A DNA stretch of 64,000 nt from Azolla caroliniana (GCA_043228905.1 JBHGNT010000010.1:11346001-11410000), one strand, 5' to 3'; positions 24,310 to 36,752 are shown, counted from the first letter of the stretch. The notes: generated by a model not told the origin, from the sequence alone. A program made the numbers and translations.

Positions 24310-27300
24310 TGTCGCGTTATTACGCGCGCGCGTGGAGAAAGGTGGGACCACGGGGGTCTCGGACTAGGTAGTGACGGAGCGTAGGAAGTTGTGCTTCACC
24401 GTTTCCGGGGATCCCTGAAGAACACCGGAAGCGACCGAAGGGAGAGAGAGAAAGAGAGGGAGCACGCGCTTAACACCGACTCACGCACACACACATGCCG
24501 ACCCGACTCACGCCCTTATGTACAGGAAACACAGGAAAGGGGAAGCACCCGACACCAACAGAGACGCGAATATACACAGACAGACGCAAATGTATACATA
24601 TACAAAGGAAGAATACATTCCCGGCTTCGAGCCGGGCCAAGGTAGGTTACAACAATCGTCTGCTGTCAAGCCGCCGTCGGGGAGCTCTCGGGTCGTCGCG
24701 CTGAGCAGGGTCTTGCACAGGAGGCCGAGCCAAAGTCAACCCTAAGCAAAACATGAAGGGGGATGAAGAAGAAGAAGAAGAAGAAGAAACATAACTAACC
24801 CTAAATCTAACGGTATACCCTCTAACGCCAAAATGGGCAACCCTTTCACAAAGGGCGCTCCCTTCCCTTTCTAGAACAAGGAGAGGGATGCGTTACAATG
24901 TGGGATAAATCCCGACTTACATGGTATCGCATGTCCCGTCTTGACTACTCTTCGGCGCCATAAAGGCTCCCTCGTTATTCACACTAAATGTACATGGGTG
25001 CGTACACACGCTGCACCCCGCTGATGTAGCCAATGTTTCCTGGTTTTCGCCTCTGGCCGAAATTCTTCACAACATCCGCCCCCACCTAACCGCACGTCCA
25101 CCGGTACATGCCAATTCCGGTGAAGGGTGAGAGATTTCGGCCAGTGAGAAACCGGTCTTCCGTAATCCGCATCCCGGCTCGTTGCCGGTTTGATCCATCG
25201 GCTTCGGTTCTTTCTTCGCGCTTACCTCCCCGTAGGCTCGTTCGACCCGTCGATGGGTCCTCCACCACGATCTCCGTAGTACGCGTACTTCCGCTGGCCC
25301 TTGTTCGGCCGTATGCATGCCCCGCTCCCCGTCGTATGCCCGATGTCCTCCGTTGAGCATTCATGTTTCCCTGATTGCCGTCCCATGTTGTTTCGCATTG
25401 CCTTCGTCCTCTCGCTGCCACCTTCCTTCTCCATGGTCTTACATCGTCGCGTCCACTCGAACCGCCATGGTCTCCGGAACGGTGTGGAGGATCCTTCTCG
25501 GCCTTCTACGCGCTACCTCCGAACCGCGCAACCCATCTCCGTGCTCGCCTTTCCGCTCCGGCACCTCCGTGTGCCACATTCACTCGTCCGTTGTTTGGCA
25601 CTGGCTGTGCCATACTCCGGTTCATTGCACGCCTTGTCAGCCCCTTTCCCGGCCAGATCGTGCATCGCCGCTCACCCGCATACTGGTGTCCTCCGCACCC
25701 GAGGAACACCCCATAGTAGCCCACTTGGCCCTTCCCGTCTTCGTGCCGCTGCAACAGGTCCCGAGTCTTCCGCTTGCCGTTGTCCCCTCGCCCCCACCAG
25801 CTCGTCACTCCGCTACTTCGACGGAGCTACTGAGATCTACGAAGCGAGTGTGGGGGATCCTCCTCCGGCCTCTCTTGCCATCCCCTGACTCTGACCCTGT
25901 GCAGTCCACTACGTCACCTCATTCCCAAGACCTCCCTTGTGCTGTCTTCCGATTCCTTTGTTCGGCACTGCCTGCGCCAAACGTCGTCCCGTAGTCACGC
26001 TTCGATCCGGCCCGCGATGGCCACTTGCAAGACTCTTGTTCCGTCCCAGGTGTGCCTTTCCGGCCTGACACACCTCCTTGTGTTTGCCTTTACCGGCTCC
26101 TCCCGAAACCGTAACCGGCCGGTGAGGGTTTCACACTTCGTCCTCCCGTCTTACCGGCTCCCTATCCGCTACCTCGTGTCATCGGGTCTCGTTCCCTGCC
26201 GCCACTGTCCTTCTCCCTAGGTCTCACGTTGCCACGTTGGCCGAACCTCCGGATCTGTGTGAGGGTCCCATAGAACATGTCTTTGTTTCTTCTCTTGCCG
26301 AGATTTGGGTGTCTTTTGTCGAAGTCCTTCACGACTCTCCTCGTGTCTTCCGCGTAGTCGGGTCCCGTTTCCCGCCGCCACCAACCTTCTCTCTCGGTCT
26401 TATGTCGCCTCGCCGGCCTGATACCTCCTTGCCGTTCGTCACCTCCTGTCGTCCGATCACGTTCTCCTGTCGCCACCGATCTTCCCTATAGGACTCACGC
26501 TGGCTCTCAGGCCGACCGCCGAATCGGTGTGAAGATCTCCGTAGACCGCCCATCCGTAGCCCTTTTTCCTTCGTCACCTCGCCGCCACCGTCAGTATCTT
26601 GGTCTTACGTCGACCGCGTTGCCGACTGTCGAAATCTCTAGAACCGGTGTGAAGGATCCTCCTTGGGCCGCCCATCCGTAGCCCTTTCCTTCGTCACCTC
26701 GCTGCCACCGTCAGTATCTTGGTCTTATGTCGGCCGCGTTGCCGACTACCGAAGTCTCTAGAACCGGTGTGAAGGATCCTCCTTGGGCCGCCGATTTGTC
26801 TTCCTGACCCTGTCCCGGGTCGTCCTTTTCCGCATGCCGAGAGGGCGGTTTACTCCGCACCCTCTCCCGTGGTACCGACGTACCGTCTCCTCGGCCTCTT
26901 CGTAGGCCGGCTCTTTTCCTCCCTCCCGGAATGGTCATCCGGGAGCCCGTTCTGCCCGGTTCTCGTCCGGACCACCGCCCCTTTTAGTGGTGTCGGTGGA
27001 TAGCATCCGCTCTATGATCAATCAAGCCCCGCCTGAGCTTGATTCTCCAATGTCTGGAGTTTCAACTCCGATGCCGATCTTGCCAGACTCGTTGCGAACC
27101 TTTGATCACCTTCCTTCGAATTCTCGACCTTCGCCCGATCGGTCTTTCTCCCCATGTAAAAGAGGGCTGCTCGTCCCGCACCCTCTCCCGTATCGGCACC
27201 TTTATGCCGATTCTGGCCCCTATCGAACAATCCGCGACCGGATTCTGCTCCATCCGCATCGGAATGCCGATCTCCTCGTGCCTCGTCCGTCCTCGGCCTC

Positions 27301-29192
27301 CTCACAGGTCGTTTCCCATCTGTCTTCGCTGGCATCGTGCCAGGACTCCTCGGTACCGCCATCCATCTCCTCGGTCTTACAGGGGCATACAGGCCCGAAT
27401 GCCGAGTTCTCCGGAATCAGGTCCGTGGGCTTTCGTCCGCTCCTTACCCGTATCGTCTCGCCGGTGATTCTTGGTCTTTCGTCGCCGCCTTCCTCCGCTT
27501 GGGACTCATGTGGGCACTCGGGCCCGACTACCATCGTCTCGGGAGCAAGTGTGGGAAGACACAAAGAATCGTCCGTCCGTTTTACGCCCTTGTTCGTAGC
27601 CACCGACTCTTCGTGGTCGGCAGTCGTCTTTTTACCGATCGCGCAAGCCCCGCCTGGGCTTGTTTCTCCGATTCCCGGGGTTTCGGGCTGACACGCCCGA
27701 AACCGCTAGTCCCAATGATCCGGTTCCGCGATCTGTATCTCGGCCTCGTCCTTGGCCGTTCTATCTCCGCAAGTCGAGAGGGCGTTTTGTTCCGCACCCT
27801 CTCCCGTGGTACCGTGGTACCGATCTTCCGCCGTCGCGTGGGGCAAGTCCGTCTCCTCAGTCTCGGCTTGCGGCCTTGATCTTTCCTCTTCCTCAAGCAT
27901 CGCCTCGAGAGCTGCGTACGCCTCCGCAATCCTGGCCCAACCGCCGGCCCTTGCCGGCTCTCTTTGCCGTTCGGCCTCTTCCCGATGTGATGGCATGCCG
28001 TCGCGCGCCTTCCTCTTAGCCTTCTCGGATCGCTCATTGTCTAGCCGTAGGCACACCCTTCCGACCTTCGGCCAGTCCTCCGTAATCCTTCAGGAGCGCC
28101 TCTTCGAAGGCCTCCCACGAACTATGAGCCTCACGGAGCTCCTTTACTTCTGCATGCATCCGGACAGCTACTATGAGCCTCCCACTTCTACGCCTCGCTC
28201 CTCCATTTCCGCATTGTAGGCTTCCAAGTAAGATGGGACTTTGTCCCCGTTGAAACGGCCGACTCTTTCGACCACTCGCTCAACCGCTTGTTGCGCTGCT
28301 TCTCGCCTCATCACCACTTGTGCCGACTCCAACATCACTTCGGCCACCATCACCGTGAGATCGTCATCTTCTGACTCCATCCTCCCTTGCCGCCTTTCAC
28401 GTTGGGTTCACCAAAGATGTCGCGTTGTTACGCGCGCGCGTGGAGAAAGGCGGGACCACGGGGGTCTCGGACTAGGGAGTGACGGAGTGTAGGAAGTCGT
28501 GCTTCACCGTTTCCGGGGATCCCTGAAGAACACCGGAAGCAAGCGAAGGGAGAGAGAGAAAGAGAGGGAGCGCGCGCTTAACACCGACTCACGCACACAC
28601 ACGCGCACACACACACATGCCGACCTGACTCACGCCCTTATGTACAAGAAACGCAGGAAAGGGGAAGCACCCGACACCAATAGAGACGCGAATATACACA
28701 AACAGACGCAAATGTATACATATACAAAGGAAGAATACATTCCCGGCTTCGAGCCGGGCCAAGGTAGGTTACAGCAGTCGTTTGTTGTCAAGCCGCCGTC
28801 GGGGAGCTCTCAGCTCGTCGCGCTGAGCGGGGTCTTGCACAGGAGGCCGAGCCAAAGCAAACTCTAAGCAAAAGACGAAGGGGGAAGAAAAAGAAGAAGA
28901 AGAAACGTAACTAACCCTAAATCTAACGGTATACCCTCTAACGCCAAAATGGGCAACCCCTTCACAAAGGGCGCTCCCTTCCCTTTATAGAACAAGGAGA
29001 GGGATGCGTTACAATGTGGGATAAATCCCGACTTACATGGGATCATCTGTCCCGTCTTGACTACCCTTCGGCGCCATAAAGGCGCCCTCTTGTTATTCAC
29101 ACTAAATGTACATGGGTGCGTACACACGCTACACCCCGCCGATGTAGCCAGTGTTTCCCGGTTTCCGCCTCTGGCCGAAATTCTTCACGACA
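24310..29192 (-). mobile_element. Non-autonomous LTR element F related to family E
   Basis: LTRs 28418-29192 (5') and 24310-25074 (3'); 4-bp TSD ACGG; Trp PBS 28397-28413; PPT TTAGGTGGGGGCGGA. Only a gag N-terminus is recognisable (28171-28380, GRFNGDKVPSYLEAY); no PR/RT/RH/INT core. Confidence 0.9.
26526..26790. repeat. Tandem duplication (~120 bp unit) inside F
   Basis: Block ...CCATCCGTAGCCCTTT..CTTCGTCACCTCGC.GCCACCGTCAGTATCTTGGTCTTA..TCTCTAGAACCGGTGTGAAGGATCCTCCTTGGGCCGCC occurs twice. Confidence 0.8.
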
Positions 29193-29303
29193 ACGGATGG
29201 GAGCCGAACGGATCCAGTGCATCCTCCGGTCATGGCTCACTCAGACCAAAAGCTTGATTGACGACAGCTCTGTGCATTGGTGGACAAAATGGACGCAAAA
29301 TAC

Positions 29304-32300
29304 TGTTGGGAGACAGGTCCCTCCGGATGGGAAGGGAGAAGATCAGTGACAACGAACAAACTCGGCCAAGGCCGAAACGGTATGAGGAGTACCCGGCTAT
29401 GGAGAGCCGGATGGTGTAGAACCGGTATGAACCGGAGGAAGAGACATATTCGTAAATATGTTTCTGAGAGCCCATTGTGGCTACATTTGTAAATAGCCGA
29501 AAAGTCATATTAGTATAAATATGACTTAGGGCAAACTAATATCAGGTTATTGTCATTTTTCTTGTTGGTGCAAGAAGAAGAGAGTGTGCGTAACGTTGTA
29601 CAGAGAGAGAGAGAGAGAGAGAGAAAGAGGTTGTTGCCTCTGTTGTAACCGCCGCCTGTGGCGAAGATCATGAGTCCGAGGACGTTGCCTCCGTGTACTC
29701 ACTGTTTTGTACATTCATACATAGTGACAGTTTGCAGCCTGTGGGCTGCCGTGGTTTTTCCCCTAATTTGGGGTTTTCCACGTTAACCTCCTGTGTACCA
29801 TTTCTCTTCTTTGTGTCGTGTTCTATTTCCTGTTTTCTGTGTATGAAAAGAATCTCGGTTGTGGCCAAGTTTTGCGCATAAGGAACGACAAGTTCCTGTC
29901 AAGTGGTATCAGAGCGAAACGACACAGAAAATGGACGAACCGTTTGGCGGCATGTTCAAGCTCACCGGCTCCAACTATTCAGTGTGGAAGTCGAAGATGA
30001 GGGATATGCTCGTGGTTAAAGACCTCTGGCTGCCGGTTCAGTTCGGGGACAAGAGACCGGACAAAATCGACGCCGCAATATGGGAGGTGATGCACATGAA
30101 GACAACGGCGTACATATGGTGCTTCATCGACATGAGCCTATACAACAACTTCAATGAAGAGAGCAAGGCTCATGAGCTCTAGGAGAAAATCGGCATAATG
30201 TTCCAGAACAAAAATGCTGTCAATCAGGTGTCGGTATTCCGAAAGCTAGTAAGACTCCGATACCAAGATGGCTCCAACATGGCGGAGCACATGAATGCCT
30301 TCCAGGGGCTGATACATCAGGCAACGTCATTGGAAGTACCTCTTGCCGACGAGGTACTAGCGCTACTCCTGTTCGGTTCCCTCCCGGATAGCTGGGAGAC
30401 GTTGGTTGTCACTTTGGGCAACGCCTGGCCGGAAGGAAAACGGTTATCCCTAGCAAGAGTAAAGTCGAGCTTGCTAGATGACGAGGCGCGTCGGAAAGAC
30501 AAAGAAACGAGCTCCGACTCCAAAGCGCTCCTTACCAAATTGGAACGCGGACCTACTTGCTTCTATTGCGGCAAGCCGGGACACTTCCAAAAGAACTGTC
30601 GGCATTTCCATAAAGACAAGGAAACCGACGGTACTGATTCGAAGCAAACCCCGGACCGGAACGGTAAAGACCAAAGGGCGCCGGACCGGAAGGGAACGAC
30701 GGCAATCGCGGCAAGTGAACAAGAGTTGATGCTCATCACCGAGGAGTGTGAGATAAACCTTGCCGGCGACGAGATGACCTGGGTGGTAGACTCCGGAGCG
30801 TCGTTCCACCTTACCCCGTACCGGAAATGCTTCTCATCCTACTCAACCGGTGATCACGGCTGTGTCTGGATGGGGAATGAAGGTACATGCCGAATTGTCG
30901 GCATGGGAGACGTGTGGCTGACAACACCAACCGGATGCAAGATGTTGCTGAAGGATGTCCGACACGTTCCGGAAGTTCGTCTGAACCTGATATCAGCCGG
31001 TCGGCTAGATGATGAAGGCTACACGGGTAGCATCCGGAACGGTGTCATGAAGTTCAGCAAAGGGAGTCTGATTGTGGCTCGGGCCCGGAAGGTAAACACG
31101 TTGTACCTGATGAATGCCCGGTTATGTCCGGAAGAAGTGAACGTGGCTTCCGACACTGCCGGTGAGCTGTGGCACAAGAGGTTGTGTCATATGAGCGAGA
31201 AAGGGTTGAAGAGGCTTGCAGACGACAACCTCATTCCAGTGAAGGACGTGCACTTGGAGAAGTGCACTGATTGTCTGGCCGGTAAGCAAAACCGGACCTC
31301 CTTCCGACCAAGGCGACCGATGAGACGTAATGCACCACTGCAGCTAGTGCATACGGATGTGTGTCAAGTAGACATGAAGTCACATGCCGGAGCGCAGTAC
31401 TTCGTGACGTTCATAGATGACCACAGCCAGAAGCTATGGGCCACACCGTTGAAGACAAAGGATCAGGTGTTATCTGTCTTCAAAGAGCTCCACGCGAGAG
31501 TGGAAAGAGAAACCGGCCGGAAGCTGAACGCGGTTCGAGCAGATAACGGGGGAGAATACCGGGGGCAGTTCGAGGAGTACTGCCGCTCGAAGGGAATCCG
31601 GCTCGAATTTACCGTGCCGAAGACGCCGGAACTAAACGGACTGGCCGAGAGGATGAACCAGACCATAATGGAGAGGGTCCGGAGTATGCTAGCGCATGCA
31701 AAACTACCCAAGAAGTTTTGGGTTGAGGCACTGTCGACGGCGACATACGTGATAAATAGATCACCCTCAGTACCCTTGGACGGAGACACGCCACAGAGAG
31801 TATGGACCGGTAAGGAAGTGTCCTACCAGCATCTGAGGGTGTTCGGGTGTCTCGCGTACGTCCATGTAGCAAAGGACCGGAGAGGAAAGTTAGATCCAAA
31901 GACCCGGCCATGCATATTCCTCGGTTAGAGTGACGATGAGTTCGGCTACCGAGTGTGGGACCCGGTCGACAAGAAGGTATTCCAAAGTCGAGATATTATC
32001 TTCATGGAGGACAAGATGCTCGCCGATTGGGAGTCGGAGAAGAAGATAATGAACTCTGAGTCGACCGGTAAGGATAGACTCTACGATGAGCAGACCCAAC
32101 CGGCAAGAGACCGGTTAGCACTCGAGGAACCAGTCGGTTACGGTGAGGATACCGACCCTGCAGAAGAAGAAGTAGAGGAAGCTGAGACCGGAACCGGTCA
32201 AGACCCCGAATCAGATTCGGATGAAGAGCAAATGGAGGAGCTGGCTACCGAAGCCCGAAGACGTAGATATCCTCTCAGAGAGAGAACGGCCCCCCGGAGA

Positions 32301-34581
32301 TTTCCGGATGCAGAGCATGTTCTACTGACCGATGAGGGGGAGCCGGAAAGCTTCGAAGAAGTGAAGGAAGACACCCACAGCCGAAAATGGTTAAGTGCCA
32401 TGCAGGACGAGATGGATTCGCTGCATGAGAACCATACATACGAATTGGTGGAGTTGCCGAAAGGAAAGCGGGCACTCCGAAACAAGTGGGTGTACAAGTT
32501 GAAACCGGGAGATGCTGGCAACCCCCCGAGATACAAAGCCAGGATCGTGGTGAAGGGGTTCCAGCAGAAGAAGGGCGTGGACTTCGACGAGATATTTGCC
32601 CCGGTAGTAAAGATGACCTCCATCCGGAGGGTGCTGAGTATAGCAGCAAGCATGAACCTCGAGGTAGAGCAGCTGGACGTGAAGACGGCATTCCTTCACG
32701 GCGACCTCGAAGAGGAGATCTACATGCAACAACCGGAAGGATTTGTGGAGAAAGGGAAGGAGCACCTGGTATGCCGGTTGAAGAAGAGCCTATACAGACT
32801 GAAGCAGGCTCCCCGGCAATGGTATCGGAAGTTCGACTCCTTCATGACCGATCAAGGGTACCACAAGACGCAGGCCGATCACTGCGTGTTTGTGAAGAAG
32901 TTCGAAGGAGGTGACTTCTTAATACTCCTCCTATACGTGGATGACATGTTGATCGTCGGACGTGATCAAGTCAAAATACGGATGCTGAAGAAGGCTCTAA
33001 ACCGAACCTTCTCAATGAAAGACTTGGGTCCGGCAAGACAGATGTTGGGGATGCACATCATTCGTAACCGGAAAGTGAAGCAATTATGGCTGTCACAGGA
33101 GAAGTACGTGACAAAGGTGCTTCACCGGTTCAACATGTCAGAAGCGAAACCGGTCGGATCGACACTTCCGGCAAACTGCAAGCTATCCGGTAAGCAAAGC
33201 CCGAGGACGAAAGCAGAGAAGGCGGATATGATGAAGATCGCATATGCCTCTGCCGTCGGGAGCTTGATGTACGCAATGGTTTGTACTCGACCGGACATTG
33301 GATATGTAGTCGGAGTGGTGAGCCGGTTTATGAGCAATCCCGGCAAGGAGCACTGGAATGCGGTCAAGTGGATACTCCGGTATTTGAAGGGCACTTCAAA
33401 TATGTGTCTCCGTTTCGGCTCCGGAAAACCTCAACTGGACGGTTTCACCGATTCGGACATGTCGGCTTATGTGGATACCAACCGGTCTACATCCGGGTAT
33501 GTGATGACATATGCAGGGGGAGCTGTTTCGTGGCAGTCGAGGCTGCAGAAGACGGTTGCATTGTCAACCACAGAGGCGGAGTACATGGCGGCTGTGGAAG
33601 CCGGCAAGGAAATATTATGGATGAAGGACTTCATCGGAGAGCTCGGTATCCATCAAGATGAATACCGACTCTACTGCGACAGTGAAAGTGCCATCCACCT
33701 TGCTAAGAATGTGGCCTACCATTCCCGGACGAAGCATATCCAGCGGAGGTATCACTGGATCCGGGAAAGAGTAGATGACCAGGAGTTCGCACTGACGAAG
33801 ATCCACACGGCCGAGAAAAGTGCTGACACCCGACAAGCTGGACGCATGCCGGAAGAGGATTGGACTCGTAAGACACCCCATGCCGGAGTGAAGGGGGAGT
33901 TTGTTGGGAGACAGGTCCCTCCGGATGGGAAGGGAGAAGATCAATGAAACGGTATAAGGAGTACCCGGCTACGGAGAGCCGGATGATACAGGCCCGGTGT
34001 GAACCGGATGAGTAGTACCCGGCTACGGAGAGCCGGATGGTGCAGGCCTGGTGTGAACTGGATGAGGAGTACCCGGCTACGGAGAGCCGGATGGTGCAGA
34101 ACCGGTATGAACCGGAGGAAGAGACATATTCGTAAATATGTTTCCGAGAGCCCATTGTGGCTACATTTGTAAATAGCCGAAAATTCATATTAGTATAAAT
34201 ATGACTTAGGGCAAACTAATATCAGGTTGTTGTCATTTTTCTTGTTGGTGCAAGAAGAAGAGAGTGTGCGTAACATTGTATAGAGAGAGAGAGAGAGAGA
34301 GAGAAAGAGGTTGTTGCCTCTGTTGTAACCGCCGCCTGTGGCGAAGATCATGAGTCCGAGGTCGTTGCCTCCGTGTACTCACTGTTTTGTACATTCATAC
34401 ATAGTGACAGTTTGCAGCCTGTGGGCTGCCGTGGTTTTTCCCCTAATTTGGGGTTTTCCACGTTAACCTCCTGTGTACCATTTCTCTTCTTTGTGTCGTG
34501 TTCTATTTCCCGTTTTCTGTGTATGAAAAGAATCTCGGTTGTGGCCGAGTCTTACGCATAAGGAACGACAAGTTCCTGTCA
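29304..34581 (+). mobile_element. Ty1/Copia element B1 (Tnt1/Tork-like), full length
   Basis: LTRs 29304-29901 and 33902-34581; TSD AATAC; iMet PBS 29904-29915; PPT GAAGGGGGAG. Confidence 0.97.
29931..33891 (+). pseudogene. B1 gag-pol polyprotein with a few disruptions
   Basis: ORFs 29859-30182, 30198-31928 and 31953-33947: CFYCGKPGHFQKNC, WVVDSGAS, DNGGEY, LYVDDML, HSRTKHIQRRYHWIR; stops at ~30180 and ~31926 and a small deletion near 33817. Confidence 0.94.
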
Positions 34582-35172
34582 AATACGACGGAACTCCAAT
34601 TGCTCAGGGCGGACGTGGAAAACCGGCGGAAGGAGGGTGACGACTGTTATACGCTGACATCGGAGGACTTCACCGTCATAAGGGATGAGCTAGCCGAAGA
34701 TTTCACAGCTCTGGCAGATGAACAATTGGTACAGGTTCGGTAGCTCATAGCTCAACTGGACGACGATCGGTTGGAGGCTCAAATCCAGTTTGAGAACTAT
34801 GAGCGGTCCCGGCTTCGGGAAGAAAGAGCGAGAAAGGCGGCAACGGTCAACCTTAGTGATGAGGAATCGTCTCCGATACTAGGACCAGACGGGGACCAGG
34901 CCGGGGTCAGTCAGCCAGAGACAACTCCGACGGAGGAACCAACGAAGGAAACGCCGGTGCCAGAGCGACAAACGGAGCCGCAACCCCAAACGGAGAAGGC
35001 AGAAACGGAGCAGCTACATCCTCAAACGGAACAGCAGCCGCAGCAGCAACAACAGATTCCCGACGAGCCATTGGAAATTTTGGAGCAAAGCATTCTGGAC
35101 ATTTTGGACGAAGCGTAAAAGGGCCGGATAATGGGTTCGACGTACAAGGTACTGTCCCACGGGTGTGCCATG

Positions 35173-35634
35173 TGTTACCGGCTGGCAAGAAGGCTTAAGG
35201 AAGTCCAAACCAGAGTGTGAAAAGGAATAGTTTATTCGGGAACTGTTGTAATTAGTAGTCTTAATATATATATTAATATATGAGAATATGTGGATGGATG
35301 GACCGGAATCGGTGTGCCGATCCAGATCCGGACCGATCCCGAAAAGGTGCCGGTTGGCACCGTTTTGTATTTCGCACCGGAGACCTATATAAAGGCCCAG
35401 TTACAATGTAATCGAGAGCGGATAATTAATAGAACTTATTGCCTTAATCTTTCAGTATTGATTACCATTCTGTACTCATTGTTATATCTTACGCGTGTTA
35501 ATGGTGTGTTGCTAAGTAATCGATTAAGGTCTAATTAAGAGTTGCGTCGTAAGTCATCTTGCCGTAACACCCTTTGGTGAAGTGTCTTAAGTGGACACCC
35601 TGTGTTAGGCTGTTGTCTGGCCCTAGGATTAACA
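35173..35634 (+). repeat. 3' LTR of Gypsy C
   Basis: Direct repeat of 10440-10901, followed by TSD TCATG. Confidence 0.95.
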
Positions 35635-36060
35635 TCATGCTCCCATGTTTCAACAAGAAGTGTGATATCCGAGTCATCGGTGAACTCCTCTATGCCAAAT
35701 CATGCATTCCATGGGTATCCATTGCAATTCCAAAAGCATAGTCTCATTGATCACGTGTCCCTATTTGCCTATATTTCCATCTTTAGGCACATCCTTAACC
35801 TTGTTTTTCAATCTTTCTTCATATGTTGTACGACGAGCATTTTGTTGTGAGATAGTACGATCTTCACTCACAAAGCATTGTGTACCTTTGAGGTATACCC
35901 AACTATTTTCGAGTATGATCCGCCGCTTTGTATCATCTGTCATTGTGCATAAAATAGGCCTTTCTCCGGAGCGAGTAACACCATGTTTCCCAACTCGGTG
36001 TGCCCCATATACATTCACATCTGACATCCCATAATGCATGCTAATAAATTCACCAAGGGC
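35635..36060 (-). mobile_element. 5' segment of the same LINE: ORF1 remnant and start of ORF2
   Basis: ORF 35761-36039 (AHRVG..RPILC..) resembles a LINE ORF1 RRM. ORF2 starts MRLCFWNCNGYPW...LLVETWEHD at ~35747 and reads in frame across the TCATG TSD into TQRIQGLGNY at 10439. Confidence 0.85.
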
Positions 36061-36066
36061 CTTTCC

Positions 36067-36116
36067 AAGAGAGAGAGAGAAGGAGAGAGAGGGAGGGTGA
36101 GAGGGAGGGAGACTAC

Positions 36117-36177
<61 letters not shown>

Positions 36178-36203
36178 AGAGAGAGAGAGAGGGAGGGAGG
36201 GAG
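36067..36203. repeat. (GA)n/(GGGA)n microsatellite
   Basis: Directly visible. Confidence 0.95.
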
Positions 36204-36411
36204 GTTTCCAAACCGGTATCCAAGACAGTTCCCAAGCCAGTTCACAAACCGGTTTATGCCAAACCAGTTTAGCCCAAACCAGTTTAGGGATCGGTTTGGT
36301 TTGGTTTGGTTTGGTTCAGGTTTGAGAACCCCAGAATGGTTTAGGCTTAACCGGGTTGGCTTGGATAAGGCCAAATCGGTTAAGCCTAAACCGAACCGTT
36401 GTCGATCCCTA
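36203..36411 (-). mobile_element. hAT-like terminus with AAACCG/CGGTTT subterminal repeats
   Basis: Minus strand begins TAGGGATCGACAACGGTTCGGTTT, followed by many GGTTT/AAACC motifs as in Ac/Ds-type ends. No partner end or 8-bp TSD found. Confidence 0.55.
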
Positions 36412-36708
36412 CCAGAGACGGATCAGGTTGACAAGACATCCCATGCTGGAGTGAAGAGAGAGTTTGTTGGGAAAACCATTCCTTCTGGATGGGATCAGAT
36501 GAGCCGGATCGGATGGATCTAGAAGCTATCCAAATCGAATGGATCCGGTGTGAACTAGAAGTAGGGACATATTATGTCTAGATGTGACTGTTGAGGCCAC
36601 TTCTGTAAATATCCCTAAAGTTATATAAGTATAAATATAACTAGGGCAAGATTTTTTTGTGTATTAGTTGTTGTTGTTGTTGTTGCTAGTTAGTTAGTTG
36701 TCTCTACT

Positions 36709-36752
<44 letters not shown>

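Larger units (their letters stand above)
23088..35118 (+). pseudogene. Extra coiled-coil ORF3 of Gypsy C, in pieces ~23088-24309, 29193-29303 and 34582-35118
   Basis: Removing F and B1 at their TSDs restores a continuous frame: AVENKSR|MGAERIQCILRSW..KWTQNT|TELQLLRADVENRR..PLEILEQSILDILDEA*. Homologous to 57986-59605. Confidence 0.8.
10440..35634 (+). mobile_element. Ty3/Gypsy LTR retrotransposon C (non-chromovirus-like) hosting three nested elements
   Basis: 462-bp LTRs 10440-10901 and 35173-35634 (TG...CA); 5-bp TSD TCATG at 10435-10439 and 35635-35639; gag-PR-RT-RH-INT plus an extra 3' ORF. Confidence 0.96.

Noticed and set aside
25067-28219. Numerous overlapping ORFs inside element F
   Set aside because: GC-rich sequence with few stops; no recognisable motifs.
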